Part shown: one piece after another, positions 19,901 to 29,174 of the stretch
How positions within the stretch are numbered: position 1 is the first letter of the stretch
How the letters are laid out: the number at the start of each line of letters is the position of its first letter
DNA from: Armatimonadia bacterium
GTDB taxonomy: Bacteria; Armatimonadota; Zipacnadia; Zipacnadales; UBA11051
Length of the DNA: 64,000 nucleotides
NCBI GenBank assembly: GCA_039683575.1
Contig: JBDKRC010000010.1
Span: 1 to 64,000 of the forward strand
Reading direction: 5' to 3'
Position numbers and translations under genes: made by a program
The notes under the pieces: model-generated
Told to the model about the DNA's origin: nothing
Seen by the model: only the letters and a program-made list of their open reading frames with translations
Databases searched by the model: none

Positions 19901-20483
19901 AGGTTACGCACAGGTGCTGCCAGACATTGTCGGGGGAAGGGCCGCCGTTGATGCCAAATGAAGACTGCGGCTGCGGGCGGCCGATCTCAAAGCCGAGGCT
20001 CATCTGGGGATAGGAAGTGGTAAGTCGCCAGCCGTCCCAGTACCCGATACCGGTGGACAGGATCGTGCCGTTGGTCGCGCCGCTGTTGCCACGGTGGGTG
20101 CCGGGGCCGAGCTTGCGGACCCAGCAGGAGGCGCTGAAGGACTTGTTGGTGACGTCGAACGGTGCCCCCTCAATCCGCCCCATGTCGAGCCGGACGGCCT
20201 GCTTCTCTGGCCAGCGGCCGGGGACGAGTTCGAGCTTCTGGGCTTCTACGCCCGCCGCCGGGACCAGCGCGAAAGACAGCGGGTGGTCGGCAGGGCGGAG
20301 GTTCTTCGTAGTGGGAGCGGCTTGGGTGACATCCTCGAAGGTGTAGTACCCAAGCACGTCGGCGTTGCCGCGCAGGGCCTCGCGATGCTTGAGCCACCCG
20401 GCATGGGTGCCGGCCGATTGGGCGTATACACTCGCAGCCAGGAGGGTCAGCAGACCGGGAAGACAGAGGCGGTGGACGCGCAT
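16914..20483 (-). CDS. Secreted LamG-like + TPR + right-handed parallel beta-helix protein (putative lyase/hydrolase)
   Basis: Signal peptide from MRVHRL; WQHLCVTWDG...LYANG LamG motif; helical repeats; LYVAPDGKD...GTLEQPFATL, NLLEEIDQPGEWYLD and beta-helix repeats. Confidence 0.8.
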   Translation of the reverse strand: MRVHRLCLPGLLTLLAASVYAQSAGTHAGWLKHREALRGNADVLGYYTFEDVTQAAPTTKNLRPADHPLSFALVPAAGVEAQKLELVPGRWPEKQAVRLDMGRIEGAPFDVTNKSFSASCWVRKLGPGTHRGNSGATNGTILSTGIGYWDGWRLTTSYPQMSLGFEIGRPQPQSSFGINGGPSPDNVWQHLCVTWDGKETRLYANGLLIGKGSYAGDYTPPPGDKRFRIGFAGYGFGSVLLDVDEVVVWNRALTPAEVLAEAYFDPVPAQSITQAILAAEEAFSRKEYAVAEKAYAAVRKDSALGESLQSLAMLRLAETAAAQQQLARAIQYAIDLGKLPGAPEANKQAAQMLLMRLARGGAGSLIPVQVYQAMLTTPGMTPTDKLNAHLQIGHSLRRAGKSAEAREEYAQAWQVEGLTLQQVTSARLTLAHALRGEKDYAGARALYSQLAADPQAPSIVVVDALFGVAASYAAEKKLPAARAEYEKVIAMGAAPEHLRQEGRERLAALDGKPLPSLRMTLPPQPKPAVTLYVAPDGKDTNVGTLEQPFATLTRARDAIRASRRDGKLPDGGAKVYLRGGDYPVSQTFELFAEDAGTERAPVIYCNYRDEKPRLLGLRPVKGLAAVTDPTILARLPEEARGKVFQADMRANGITDLGTMSARGYGLPSGPYTEIFWNGRPLPLAKFPNKGWLRVGEVGGGKDGQPWSFAYDTERAARWTNAPDLFLRGLWYWDWAEGTVPAKLDAAAKRFTVTQSPGYGIRANQRYLALNLLEEIDQPGEWYLDRPSGLLYVYPPSAPAQAQIEFSAFDGPFVTLDACPWTTFQGLTLDGARGDGIVVKNGNHNVLAACTITRCGVYGCLISGPDSGLIGCDLTVLGSGGVNMSAGDRKTLTAGNSFIENCHIYDFSRINRSYTPAVLMNGCGNRVVHNLIHESPHHAMRIEGNDHLVAYNEVHSVVTEGDDQAGVDMWGNPTYRGNRFLYNYWHHIGSGVPCGQGGIRLDDAISGVLIYGNVFYKCSESNFGGVQIHGGKENIVDNCIFADCQFGISFSGWGKAGWDKFLKGHEAQLYKDIDITKPPYSTRYPDLARIAEDEGVNMVWRNIAYRCGEFLTRDRGIQQVVDNYVTAEDPGFANADKGGFGLRPDATVLHESNFRPIPFGEIGLYNDELRASWPVRNEVSPNYQPEKRGE

Positions 20484-20560
20484 GGGGAACCTCCGGTGGG
20501 CCAGTTCTGGTCGGCGGGTATGTCTTCGCCAACTGTGGGCTGATGACCTGTTGAGACGAA

Positions 20561-20593
20561 ACGGGCGCGGGATGACACCATCCCGCGCCCGTA
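20561..20593. terminator. Stem-loop downstream of the pilin-like gene trio
   Basis: ACGGGCGCGGGATG-ACAC-CATCCCGCGCCCGT 14-bp stem. Confidence 0.6.
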
Positions 20594-20614
20594 CCGGCAG
20601 ACAACTCCTTGAGC

Positions 20615-21262
20615 CTAGTTGGTCCGCATGGCTGCGCCCTGGCCGATGATGGTCGAGGCTGACAGCCACTTGGCATGTCCATCGGCAAAGCCCACATTTG
20701 ACCCGCCATTGTGGCGGGTATGGGCCTCGGTCCAGTTCGCCTGGGCCGCTGCCCCACAGGGAGTGTACCCGCTGCCGATTGAGGGATAGGCGACATTGCC
20801 GGGATAGCAAGATGCGATGAGCCAGTGCCGGGCGTCGCCGACGAGAATGCGATTCGCGGGCGTGGTGAGAACGCCGAGGGATTGCCCGCCAAGACCGGCG
20901 TCGTAGCCATAGGCGCCTTGGCCCTGAACACCCGTGCTTGACCAGTCCTTCATGTCGCCGCTGCTCGGGCAGTTGAAGACCTGCCAATTCTTGATGTAGG
21001 GCTGGATCTTGAAGCGCCACGAGCAGATACCGCCGACCGGAACGGGATTGCCGGGAATGGCGCTGTCATCCACAAAACGCTCGTCATAGTCCTGTACGTA
21101 TTGCAGCACGCCAAGTGTGATCTGCTTGATGTTGTTCAGGCAACTCGTCTGGCGTGCTTTCTCGCGGGCTTTGGCAAAGACAGGGAACAGGATCGCCGCC
21201 AGAATGGCGATGATCGCGATCACGACTAGCAACTCGATCAACGTGAAGCCATGGCGTTTCAT
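20615..21262 (-). CDS. Prepilin-type N-terminal cleavage/methylation, DUF1559-like H-X9-DG protein
   Basis: [51 protein letters not shown]. Confidence 0.9.
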   Translation of the reverse strand: MKRHGFTLIELLVVIAIIAILAAILFPVFAKAREKARQTSCLNNIKQITLGVLQYVQDYDERFVDDSAIPGNPVPVGGICSWRFKIQPYIKNWQVFNCPSSGDMKDWSSTGVQGQGAYGYDAGLGGQSLGVLTTPANRILVGDARHWLIASCYPGNVAYPSIGSGYTPCGAAAQANWTEAHTRHNGGSNVGFADGHAKWLSASTIIGQGAAMRTN

Positions 21263-21291
21263 ACTATCCTCCCTGTGCTGAGGTCGACGCG

Positions 21292-21969
21292 TTACGGTGC
21301 TATCGCTGCGGGCATGCTGCCCTTGATGGCAGTGCACTGCATCCACTTGGCGTGGCCGTCGGCAAAGCCGAGGTTGGAGCCGCCATTGTGCCGGGCCTGC
21401 TTGTCGGTCTGGTTGTTGGGCTGCGACGCATTGCAGGGCACGGTGGTGTCGCGGTTTTCCTGGGCGGCGAAGGCAAACGCCATGCCACCGCAACCGCTGC
21501 CATGCCAGTGCGCCGCGTCGCCGACCATGACCAGCGCCGCGGGCGACTGAACGGTGCCCACGGCAACACCACTGAGGTTGCCGTTGTAGCCATACTGCCT
21601 GGTGAGCTGGGTACCGGGGTAGCTGGGGTCACCAACGCCCGGGGCGGAAGGACAAACGAAGATCTGGTAGTTCTTGATGTAGGGGGAGAGATAGAAGCGC
21701 CACATGTTGACATTGCTGCCGTCCGCCCATCCGCCGGCTCCGGGGATGTTGAAGCCGGGGATGACGTAGCCCGCCAGCGGGAAGCGCTCGTCGTAGTCCT
21801 GCACGTAGGCCATGAAAGCCGTGGCCATCTGCCGCACGTTGCTCAGGCAGCTTGTCTGGCGGGCCTTCTCGCGGGCTTTGGCAAAGACGGGGAACAGGAT
21901 CGCCGCCAGAATGGCGATGATTGCGATAACCACCAACAGCTCAATGAGTGTAAAGCCGGTACGTTTCAT
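21292..21969 (-). CDS. Prepilin-type/DUF1559-like H-X9-DG protein
   Basis: Same N-terminal motif; [17 protein letters not shown]. Confidence 0.9.
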   Translation of the reverse strand: MKRTGFTLIELLVVIAIIAILAAILFPVFAKAREKARQTSCLSNVRQMATAFMAYVQDYDERFPLAGYVIPGFNIPGAGGWADGSNVNMWRFYLSPYIKNYQIFVCPSAPGVGDPSYPGTQLTRQYGYNGNLSGVAVGTVQSPAALVMVGDAAHWHGSGCGGMAFAFAAQENRDTTVPCNASQPNNQTDKQARHNGGSNLGFADGHAKWMQCTAIKGSMPAAIAP

Positions 21970-22101
21970 GCTGAGCCTCCGGTACTGAGAGTGCCCGAAC
22001 ATCCGACTATCCGACTATCAGGGAGCGGTTGCGTTCCAGAAGTAGTTGTATCCTCACCTCACGCCATGTGCCAAAGGAGCCTGCAACAGTCGGGCGCGGG
22101 C

Positions 22102-22737
22102 CTACATCGGCCAGGAAGTATCTATCCCCTGTCGGCCGTTGATCGCGCCCTTGCTCAGCCACTTGGCGTGGCCGTCAATGAACCCGAGATTGGCGCCGTC
22201 ATTGTGCCTGGCCGCGATGCCCTCGGCAACGTCCACGAGGGCGGTGGGAGCGATCCAGTTGCCAGCGAACTCATAGCCCCGCCAGACGCCGGCGGCGTCG
22301 CCGCTCATCGTGTCTGCAAACTGGACCGCCTCTGACGGTGCCTGGATATCGCCCAGCGCCCTGATCCCGCGGTCAACGCTGAACTCCCAGTTCTCTCCAA
22401 CCGACAGCCAGCCACGGTTGGCATCAGCAAACCAGGCTATCCGGTGGGTTGAGCAGCTTGGACACGCGAAGATTTGATCGTTCTTGACATAGGGGGTGAT
22501 CAGGGTGGTCCAGATGGGGCTGTTGGTGGCGCGAGTGAGGGTCGGCAGAATCTTCTCGTCGTAGTCCTGACAGTACTGCGCAGCCCCAAGCACGATCTGC
22601 TTGACGTTCGACAGGCAACTGCTCTGTCGAGCCTTCTCGCGGGCCTTGGCAAAGACGGGAAACAGGATCGCCGCCAGAATGGCGATGATCGCAATGACTA
22701 CCAGCAGTTCAATGAGCGTAAAGCCACAGCGTCTCAT
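22102..22737 (-). CDS. Prepilin-type/DUF1559-like H-X9-DG protein
   Basis: Same N-terminal motif; [17 protein letters not shown]. Confidence 0.9.
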   Translation of the reverse strand: MRRCGFTLIELLVVIAIIAILAAILFPVFAKAREKARQSSCLSNVKQIVLGAAQYCQDYDEKILPTLTRATNSPIWTTLITPYVKNDQIFACPSCSTHRIAWFADANRGWLSVGENWEFSVDRGIRALGDIQAPSEAVQFADTMSGDAAGVWRGYEFAGNWIAPTALVDVAEGIAARHNDGANLGFIDGHAKWLSKGAINGRQGIDTSWPM

Positions 22738-22824
22738 AGGAGACCTCCCGTGTGGTGGAGCACGCAAATTGTCAATTGCCTAGTAGATTCGCCGGACGCT
22801 GGCAATCTCCTGCTGGTTTCTTGC

Positions 22825-24615
22825 CTATTCCTTCACCAGTACCTCGTGTTCGGTGCTGGCCACACAGTTGCGGTCATCGAAGAGGTTGAGGTAACAGACC
22901 GTTGTCCCCTCCGGCAAAGCCGCTGTCACCTTGCCGCCTTCGACTTGCGCGGGAAGCGCTTCCCACAGCCGTTCCTTCCATGCTCCGAGCGCCTTCGTGT
23001 AGGTCAGCTCCGCCTTGGTGATCGGCCGCTTGCTCTCGAACGTCGCCCACACATTCTGCCCGTCGCGCCCCTGTCCGGTTATCCTAGGCAGCGGATCGCC
23101 GCCCTTGAGGATGCTGTCGGCAAAGACCCGTATCTCCTCCGGCCCCTCACCCGCCGGACCGTGCCCGTGGGGCATGCGGATGCGGATGGCGAGCGTGCGG
23201 GGCGTCTGTGGCAGGCGGTATGACTTCTGCAGCGCCGGGAAGGTGTATGCAAAGTCGTTCGTGCCCGTTACCCACAGCATCGGCATCTTCGCGTCGCCGA
23301 GATAACTGGAGGGGTCCCACCACTTCATCCAGCGTTCGGCGCGCTCCTTGCCCAGCCCCATGATGCTGGCGGCGAAGTTGTGATCGAGTGTGAAGCCGCA
23401 GCCATAGACCGGCACCGCGAGCTTGAACCGCGGGTCCACTCCTGCGATGATGCTGGTCAGATACCCACCCCAGGAGATGCCGGTCACGCCGATCCGCTCC
23501 GGGTCAACTTCCGGCTGCGCGCGCAGCAGCGTGTTCGCCAGCAGGGCCGACGCCACCGCATGAAACGCCCACTGGTCTTCACGCTGCTCATCAATCTGCC
23601 CGTAGCCGCCCCACCCGGGCGGCCCGCCCTGGGGATTGCGCTCCCACTTGCCGTATGTGCCCCTGGGCAGCGCTCCGCAGGTGTCCATCGCAATCGCGGC
23701 ATAGCCCCGGTCAACCCATAGCTTCACCCAACTCGCGAAGGCCGTCCCGCCCCCACCGTGCACCAGCACCATCCCCGGCACCTTCTGGCCGGGCTCTACC
23801 TTGGGTATCCCTAACCATGCGAAGACCCGCGTCGGTATGCCCTCGTACGCGGGGCCCTCGAAGTACAGCGTCTTCATCCCCTCTGCTTCGAAGCCCTCGG
23901 CAGGCCACGTCTGCGGCACCTTCGAGAACCGCTGCAGGTCCCACATCGGGCCGACGGGGTCAGTGGGCGGCTCGACCTTGCGGGTGGCGGTCTCAGTTGC
24001 TTTTGCCTGTTCTTCGGGTGTGGCCATACCTGCCTCCAACGTTACTTCGGCGGATTGCTTGGGCCCCAGCTTAGTCGAGGATACCTGGCGACTGCCGCTA
24101 TATGGTCCCCAGAGGCTGTCGCTGCCCTTGAGTACAAGCCTCCCCGCGCCTCGGAACCACGTGCTGACCGGCCAGGAGCGATTCAGCGGCGGCTTGCGGA
24201 AAGCACCCCGAACGTCCCGGACTGCCTCCACCTGTGGGTGAAACACGACAATGAACTCCATCTTCTGATCGGTCAGGTTCTGCATCTGGAACGTGATCTT
24301 CGTGTCGGTGAAACAGTAGGTCAGAATGGCCTTGGGCGACGATGCCTTCAGCGTGCAGCCATCTACCATCTCTACGGTGTCCATGGACATCGTCTTGGTG
24401 TCATAGAGGTATATGCCGCGGCAGACCTTGGGGTCCGCCTCGATCATCTGCTGGTCATGCACGAGCAGGCTTGTGAGGCAGCCGTCAGCGGTGATAGTGG
24501 CGACATAATGGGGAGTCTGAACGCGGAAGCTCTTGCCCTCAGGAGCAATGGTCACGGCGGCCCAGGTAGGGGCGGTGAGCAGGAGCGTGAGGAGGATGGC
24601 GCGGGCTGGGGACAT
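22825..24615 (-). CDS. Secreted alpha/beta hydrolase (acetylxylan esterase-like)
   Basis: Signal peptide; VLVHGGGG oxyanion loop; GISWGG nucleophile elbow; candidate catalytic Asp (TND) and His (PHGH). Confidence 0.85.
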   Translation of the reverse strand: MSPARAILLTLLLTAPTWAAVTIAPEGKSFRVQTPHYVATITADGCLTSLLVHDQQMIEADPKVCRGIYLYDTKTMSMDTVEMVDGCTLKASSPKAILTYCFTDTKITFQMQNLTDQKMEFIVVFHPQVEAVRDVRGAFRKPPLNRSWPVSTWFRGAGRLVLKGSDSLWGPYSGSRQVSSTKLGPKQSAEVTLEAGMATPEEQAKATETATRKVEPPTDPVGPMWDLQRFSKVPQTWPAEGFEAEGMKTLYFEGPAYEGIPTRVFAWLGIPKVEPGQKVPGMVLVHGGGGTAFASWVKLWVDRGYAAIAMDTCGALPRGTYGKWERNPQGGPPGWGGYGQIDEQREDQWAFHAVASALLANTLLRAQPEVDPERIGVTGISWGGYLTSIIAGVDPRFKLAVPVYGCGFTLDHNFAASIMGLGKERAERWMKWWDPSSYLGDAKMPMLWVTGTNDFAYTFPALQKSYRLPQTPRTLAIRIRMPHGHGPAGEGPEEIRVFADSILKGGDPLPRITGQGRDGQNVWATFESKRPITKAELTYTKALGAWKERLWEALPAQVEGGKVTAALPEGTTVCYLNLFDDRNCVASTEHEVLVKE

Positions 24616-24707
24616 GTCAGTGCAGCCTCCTGATTACCTTCTTGCGCGGGTTTTGAGCTTCTGAAGGTACAATCTCGTACAACACAATCATCTGAGGGGG
24701 CAGGACA

Positions 24708-25109
24708 ATGAGTGGCACCACTCTGGACTACGAACGGTTCAACCAGCGCCTGAGGCACCACTGGCGCTGGACTGGCGTGTTCCTGCTGATGATCTTGGGG
24801 ACTATATGCAGCATGTCCCGGCCAATGGTGGCGGACATGGGCGGCATTGCCCACATCCGCCACGTTGGCCTATCCCAAGCCCTGAGCGAGGGCTTCGTGA
24901 AGTCGTTCCAGCCGGCCCTCGGAGGCCAGCGGCCATCATCGCGTGAGACACGCAACAAATTCGTCTTTCTCGGCCTTCACGTGCTGTTGATGCTCATCGC
25001 CGCCGAAGGCCTCAACATCCATGGCCGACGCATCGACCGTCTCGTCGCCCTCCGCAGAAAGGTCGAACTCGACGAGCTGATCATACCAGCGACGAAATCG
25101 CCCTCCTAG
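24708..25109 (+). CDS. Small membrane protein, unknown function
   Basis: Two hydrophobic segments; RBS-like GGA; fills the intergenic gap. Confidence 0.55.
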   Translation: MSGTTLDYERFNQRLRHHWRWTGVFLLMILGTICSMSRPMVADMGGIAHIRHVGLSQALSEGFVKSFQPALGGQRPSSRETRNKFVFLGLHVLLMLIAAEGLNIHGRRIDRLVALRRKVELDELIIPATKSPS

Positions 25110-26074
25110 ACCGCCAGCCCCTCACTCTTCGCCGCCTCGTATGCCTTCGTGATCACACGCTGGATGTGCAGTGCGGTCTCGGCGTTGCTGATCGGCTGCT
25201 TGCCCTCTTTGGCGCACTCCACAAAGTGCTTGAACTCGCGGTCGAACCGCGTCTCGCTGTTGTCCGCCTCGAACTCCTGCCACTCCTGCGAATCGTGCAT
25301 CCGCACCCGCACCGGGCCGGAGAAGTAGTTGTCCACACTGAGGATGCCCTTCTCGCCGGTGATGATCCACTGCGTGAACTCGCCGGGCAGCGAATAGCCC
25401 GCGATGACCTCGCCATAGCAGCCATTCTCGCCGGTGAAGAGAATGATGCCCACATCGTCGGTCTCCATGTCCTGCATGAACGTGCCAGCCCGGCACGACA
25501 CCGACTTGAACTTGCCCAGTAGGAACTGGTACAGGTCCGCGGCGTGGGAGCCATTGTCCATAAGCGAGCCGCCGCCGGCCATCTTCAGGTTCGCGCGGTG
25601 GTTGGTGGCGAACTTGATCATGCCGGTGAAGCCGCCGCGGAAGAAGATCGGCTTGCCGATGATGCCGCTGTCGAGGACTTCCTTGGCCTTCATCATCGGG
25701 CCGTGGAACCGGTGGCAGTAGGCGATCATCAAGATGGCCTTAGCCGTCTTTGCAGCCTCGGCCAGCGCCTCGGCATCTTCCAGCGTCGCGGCCATGGGCT
25801 TCTCGCACAGCACGTGGATACCGCGCTGCAGGCACTCGACGGCCATCTCGCGGTGCAGGAACGGCGGGGTGCAGATGCTGACCATGTCCGGCTGCTGCTC
25901 GTCCAGCATGACCTTCCAGTCACTGTAGCCCTTCAGACCGCAGGAAGCCTCGGCCTTGGCAACGTTTTCGGCGCTGATGTCCGACCCGGCCACGATCTGA
26001 GCGCCCTCGATCTTCTGCCACTGGGCAATGTGCGTGCCGGCGATATTCCCCAGGCCGATGATAGCGACTTTCAT
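25106..26074 (-). CDS. Gfo/Idh/MocA oxidoreductase
   Basis: MKVAIIGLGNIA Rossmann motif; HVLCEKPMA; GGGSLMDNGSH. Confidence 0.92.
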   Translation of the reverse strand: MKVAIIGLGNIAGTHIAQWQKIEGAQIVAGSDISAENVAKAEASCGLKGYSDWKVMLDEQQPDMVSICTPPFLHREMAVECLQRGIHVLCEKPMAATLEDAEALAEAAKTAKAILMIAYCHRFHGPMMKAKEVLDSGIIGKPIFFRGGFTGMIKFATNHRANLKMAGGGSLMDNGSHAADLYQFLLGKFKSVSCRAGTFMQDMETDDVGIILFTGENGCYGEVIAGYSLPGEFTQWIITGEKGILSVDNYFSGPVRVRMHDSQEWQEFEADNSETRFDREFKHFVECAKEGKQPISNAETALHIQRVITKAYEAAKSEGLAV

Positions 26075-26260
26075 ATTGTGTAACTTCCCTTCACAATGCG
26101 AAATGTGGTATTGTACTGCTGAGGTTAGCAGTCGATGGTTACGCCCTGAGCAGTAAGCCAGTATAGCAGGCAGCTCGCCTGTCCACGCTCCTACCACTCA
26201 GAACCTGCCACCAATTCGACAGTACTCACCGACAATCCTCCTGCCGAGACACACCTCTTC

Positions 26261-26644
26261 ATGACTGACAAAGCTTTCAAGACCTGCCGGCTATGTGAAA
26301 CCAGTTGGCCGACCCTGGCCGACTTTGTGAAGGACCGCAAACTGCGAGTGAACGGCTACCAGGCCTCCTTCGGCGCGCCGGAGGATGGCGTCATTCTGCT
26401 CACGCACGACGTTCCGGGGTGTGGTACGACGCTGGGCCTGGTGGCGGGGACGCTGCAGGATCTCTACCACGGCCCGCGCTACGTAGAGGTACTCGCGGGG
26501 ACCAAACCGTGCGAGTTGTGGTGTCTGGACGAGCACAGCATCGAGGACTGCGACGCGCCGTGTGCCATGGCCTGGATCAGGCACGTGCTGCAGTACCTTC
26601 GGCGACATGAACTACCAGAGCACCTGCGTAAGGAGCAGAGCTAG
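26261..26644 (+). CDS. Cys-rich hypothetical protein
   Basis: CxxC, HxxxxCGTT and C-x3-C-x7-C-x3-C pattern; 1 bp before the next gene. Confidence 0.7.
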   Translation: MTDKAFKTCRLCETSWPTLADFVKDRKLRVNGYQASFGAPEDGVILLTHDVPGCGTTLGLVAGTLQDLYHGPRYVEVLAGTKPCELWCLDEHSIEDCDAPCAMAWIRHVLQYLRRHELPEHLRKEQS

Positions 26645-26645
26645 T

Positions 26646-27929
26646 ATGTTGCGCAACCCCGATTTCTCGGCCTCCGATGGCGCCCTGCCCGAGCACTGGG
26701 CCGTGTGGCAGCCGGCCGCGCAGGCTGCTGGCGTACAGGTTCAACCGGTGCCCGAAGGCCTGCTGATGGCCTCGCCCCGTGAGCCCTTCTGCGTGGGTGG
26801 GGTCCAGCAGGAGGTCACAGGCATCGTCGGCGGGCAGGCGTATGCCTTCACGGTTGAGTGTCTGGTGCATGAGGTCCCGTATCCCTACCAGGCCATCGGA
26901 GTCCGGGTGGACTGGCTGCGCGAGGGCAAGCTGGTAGACCCGGCGGGGCGGCTGGTGAGCGGCCCCACTGTGACGGGCGAACACGCGAAGTTTGAGGATG
27001 TGTTGGTGGCACCGGAGGGGGCGGACGCGGCGCGGATACTGCTTGAGTGTCACTGGCTGCAGGGCGGCACGGTGACATGGCAGAGTGCGAGTATGGCGCC
27101 GGCGGAGCAACCGGCGCCCCGCAGAGTGAAGATCGGGACGGTGTACCTGCGGCCGCAGAACACGACGCCGGAACAGAACCTGGAGCTATGGTGTGACCAG
27201 ATCAGAGAGGCAGGACGGCTCGGGCTCGACATTGTATGCCTCTGTGAAGCGATGCTGTCGGTGGGCACGGGCAAGAGCGGGATTGACGTAGCCGAGGCTA
27301 TTCCCGGCCCGGCCACAGAGCGGCTCGGGCAAGCTGCGCGCGAGGCGAAAGTGTGGGTCGTCGCCTGCCTGAATGAGAGAGTGGGGGAGAGGGTATACAA
27401 CACCGGGGTGCTGCTGGACCGGCAGGGCAACGTGGCGGGCCTCTACCACAAGACGCACCTGCCGCGCGAGGAGTGGCGGCAAGGAGTGACGCCCGGCAGT
27501 GAGTACCCCGTGTTCAATACGGACTTCGGCACCGTCGCGATACAGATCTGCTATGACTGGTTCTTCCCCGAAGTAGTCACTGCCTTCGCAGCGCAGGGCG
27601 CGGAGATCGTCTTCGCGCCGACTTGGGGAACGACGTTTGCCGACAAGGAGGGGAAGGCCGAGGGGGAGACGGTATTCCGGGTGCGGGCGCGCGACAACGG
27701 GGTCTACATGGTGCCCTCAGTATATGACGGCAGCAGCATGGTGATCGACCCGCTGGGCCGCATTCTGGCGAGCAGCGAGGGGCAGACCGGGGTGTTCTGG
27801 GCAGAGGTGGACCTGAGCGAGCGCGAGCCGCTGTGGTGGGTGGGACACTGGCGCGCCATCGGCCCGCGCGACCGCATGCCCTACACCTACGCGCCGCTTG
27901 TAGACCCAATGCAGGGGCCGACATACTGA
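26646..27929 (+). CDS. Carbon-nitrogen hydrolase (nitrilase superfamily) with an N-terminal CBM-like domain
   Basis: LCE, YNTGVL...YHKTHL and ICYDWFFPE giving the E-K-C triad; MLRNPDF start. Confidence 0.9.
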   Translation: MLRNPDFSASDGALPEHWAVWQPAAQAAGVQVQPVPEGLLMASPREPFCVGGVQQEVTGIVGGQAYAFTVECLVHEVPYPYQAIGVRVDWLREGKLVDPAGRLVSGPTVTGEHAKFEDVLVAPEGADAARILLECHWLQGGTVTWQSASMAPAEQPAPRRVKIGTVYLRPQNTTPEQNLELWCDQIREAGRLGLDIVCLCEAMLSVGTGKSGIDVAEAIPGPATERLGQAAREAKVWVVACLNERVGERVYNTGVLLDRQGNVAGLYHKTHLPREEWRQGVTPGSEYPVFNTDFGTVAIQICYDWFFPEVVTAFAAQGAEIVFAPTWGTTFADKEGKAEGETVFRVRARDNGVYMVPSVYDGSSMVIDPLGRILASSEGQTGVFWAEVDLSEREPLWWVGHWRAIGPRDRMPYTYAPLVDPMQGPTY

Positions 27930-27941
27930 AGCAAAAAGCGG

Positions 27942-27971
27942 TTGCCAGTCGGGGACGGGCTGTGCTATAGT
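27942..27971 (+). promoter_or_regulatory. Sigma70 promoter upstream of the riboswitch
   Basis: TTGCCA, 18 bp, then TATAGT with an extended -10 TG. Confidence 0.55.
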
Positions 27972-27989
27972 CGGCCACAATTGAATACG

Positions 27990-28150
27990 GACCAGCTCGC
28001 GGAGGTCGGAAGACGGTTCAAAGCCGTCGCTGCCCCGCAACTGTAACCGGGTACGAAAGCCCCCTCAGGGCCACTGTGAGATGGAGATCTCGCGGGAAGG
28101 TCGGGGCCGGTAGGACGATCCGGAAGCCAGGAGACGACACTGCGAGCGCT
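27990..28150 (+). ncRNA. Cobalamin riboswitch
   Basis: GGAAGACGGTTCAAAGCCGTCGCTGCCCCGCAACTGT, GCCACTG, GGGAAGG and B12 box AGCCAGGAGAC in the canonical order; closing stem GCTCGCGG/CTGCGAGC; hairpin plus T6 at about 28177-28210. Confidence 0.92.
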
Positions 28151-28282
28151 GTAGTTGCATCCTTGAGTATGCAACGCATCCTCTTCGAGGGACGGAGGGT
28201 GGGCTTTTTTGCTTAACCGCCACCTCACCAAAGGGGCGGTTTTCTGCGTTCTTGGACCGCCTCAGAAAGGACTGGCCTCATC

Positions 28283-28987
28283 ATGCAGACGCGACGTGGC
28301 TTCACACTCATTGAGCTCCTGGTGGTCATAGCAATCATCGCGATCCTGGCGGCGATACTGTTTCCAGTGTTCGCCAAGGCCCGGGAAAAGGCACGTCAGA
28401 CGAGCTGTTTGTCCAACCTCAAGCAGATCAGTACCGCGTTCATCATGTATGCCCAGGACTACGACGAGACCTGTGCCCTGGCCTACTACGACGACTGGCT
28501 GCACTACTGGGACGCCACGCTGGACAGCAGCACTTGGGCTGAGAATGGCCCCGGATACCTGGACCCCTATATGAAGAGCGGCCAGATCCGCGCCTGCCCG
28601 AGCTTCAAGGTGACCGGCGGCGACCGCAAGTATACCGGCTATGCCTACAACGCCGATTTCATCGGCGCCAACCCCGTGGACGGCTGGGGACCGGGCAGGT
28701 CACCGGCGTCGCTGGGGCAGGTTACCGACCCCACCGGAACGGTCATGGTCTGCGACAGCGCCGTCTGGAGCAGCCTCAGCAACGCCGCGATTGGCAACAA
28801 CCTGCTGAAAGCACCCGGGCAGGTGGATTACTATGGGCCGAATGTAGCGTTTCGGCACAATGGTACTGCGAACGTGGCCTATGTGGATGGGCATGCGAAA
28901 GCTGCAACCAGAATGTACAATACCTCCGCGAGTGACAGCACACTTGGAGACCTGTCCTCGGACGCAAGCGCGTATGATCTGAACTAA
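28283..28987 (+). CDS. Prepilin-type/DUF1559-like H-X9-DG protein downstream of the B12 riboswitch
   Basis: [14 protein letters not shown]...; [25 protein letters not shown]. Confidence 0.9.
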   Translation: MQTRRGFTLIELLVVIAIIAILAAILFPVFAKAREKARQTSCLSNLKQISTAFIMYAQDYDETCALAYYDDWLHYWDATLDSSTWAENGPGYLDPYMKSGQIRACPSFKVTGGDRKYTGYAYNADFIGANPVDGWGPGRSPASLGQVTDPTGTVMVCDSAVWSSLSNAAIGNNLLKAPGQVDYYGPNVAFRHNGTANVAYVDGHAKAATRMYNTSASDSTLGDLSSDASAYDLN

Positions 28988-29062
28988 CTGAAGTTGACCA
29001 ATGTAACGATTCGGGGCGTTTTTGGGGAACCCTCTAACGGGTTAATGTACTACTGTTTGGCA

Positions 29063-29126
29063 CAATTGCCACCGCCCTCTCCGCGTAGGTAGATATACGC
29101 GGAGAAGACGGTGGCAATTTCGTTTT
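29063..29126. terminator. Long hairpin, probable terminator between convergent genes
   Basis: AATTGCCACCG...TCTCCGCGTA / TACGCGGAGA...CGGTGGCAATT. Confidence 0.65.
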
Positions 29127-29174
29127 GGCGATTAGTGGTTCCGGCATGCGGAGCATGCCTACCACGCGTCCGGA

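Noticed and set aside
17778-19961. 727-aa plus-strand ORF
   Set aside because: Antisense to the LamG/beta-helix gene; no recognisable domain
20484-21020. N-terminal extension of the 1368-aa ORF (likewise track starts at 9228, 21493, 43126 and 52322)
   Set aside because: The extensions overlap other genes or a tRNA, or lack family-like sequence; downstream ATGs with an RBS, signal peptide or family start fit better
20615-22737. DGR or pilin antigenic-variation cassettes
   Set aside because: No reverse transcriptase or adenine-specific TR/VR pair seen; each copy is a complete gene with its own start
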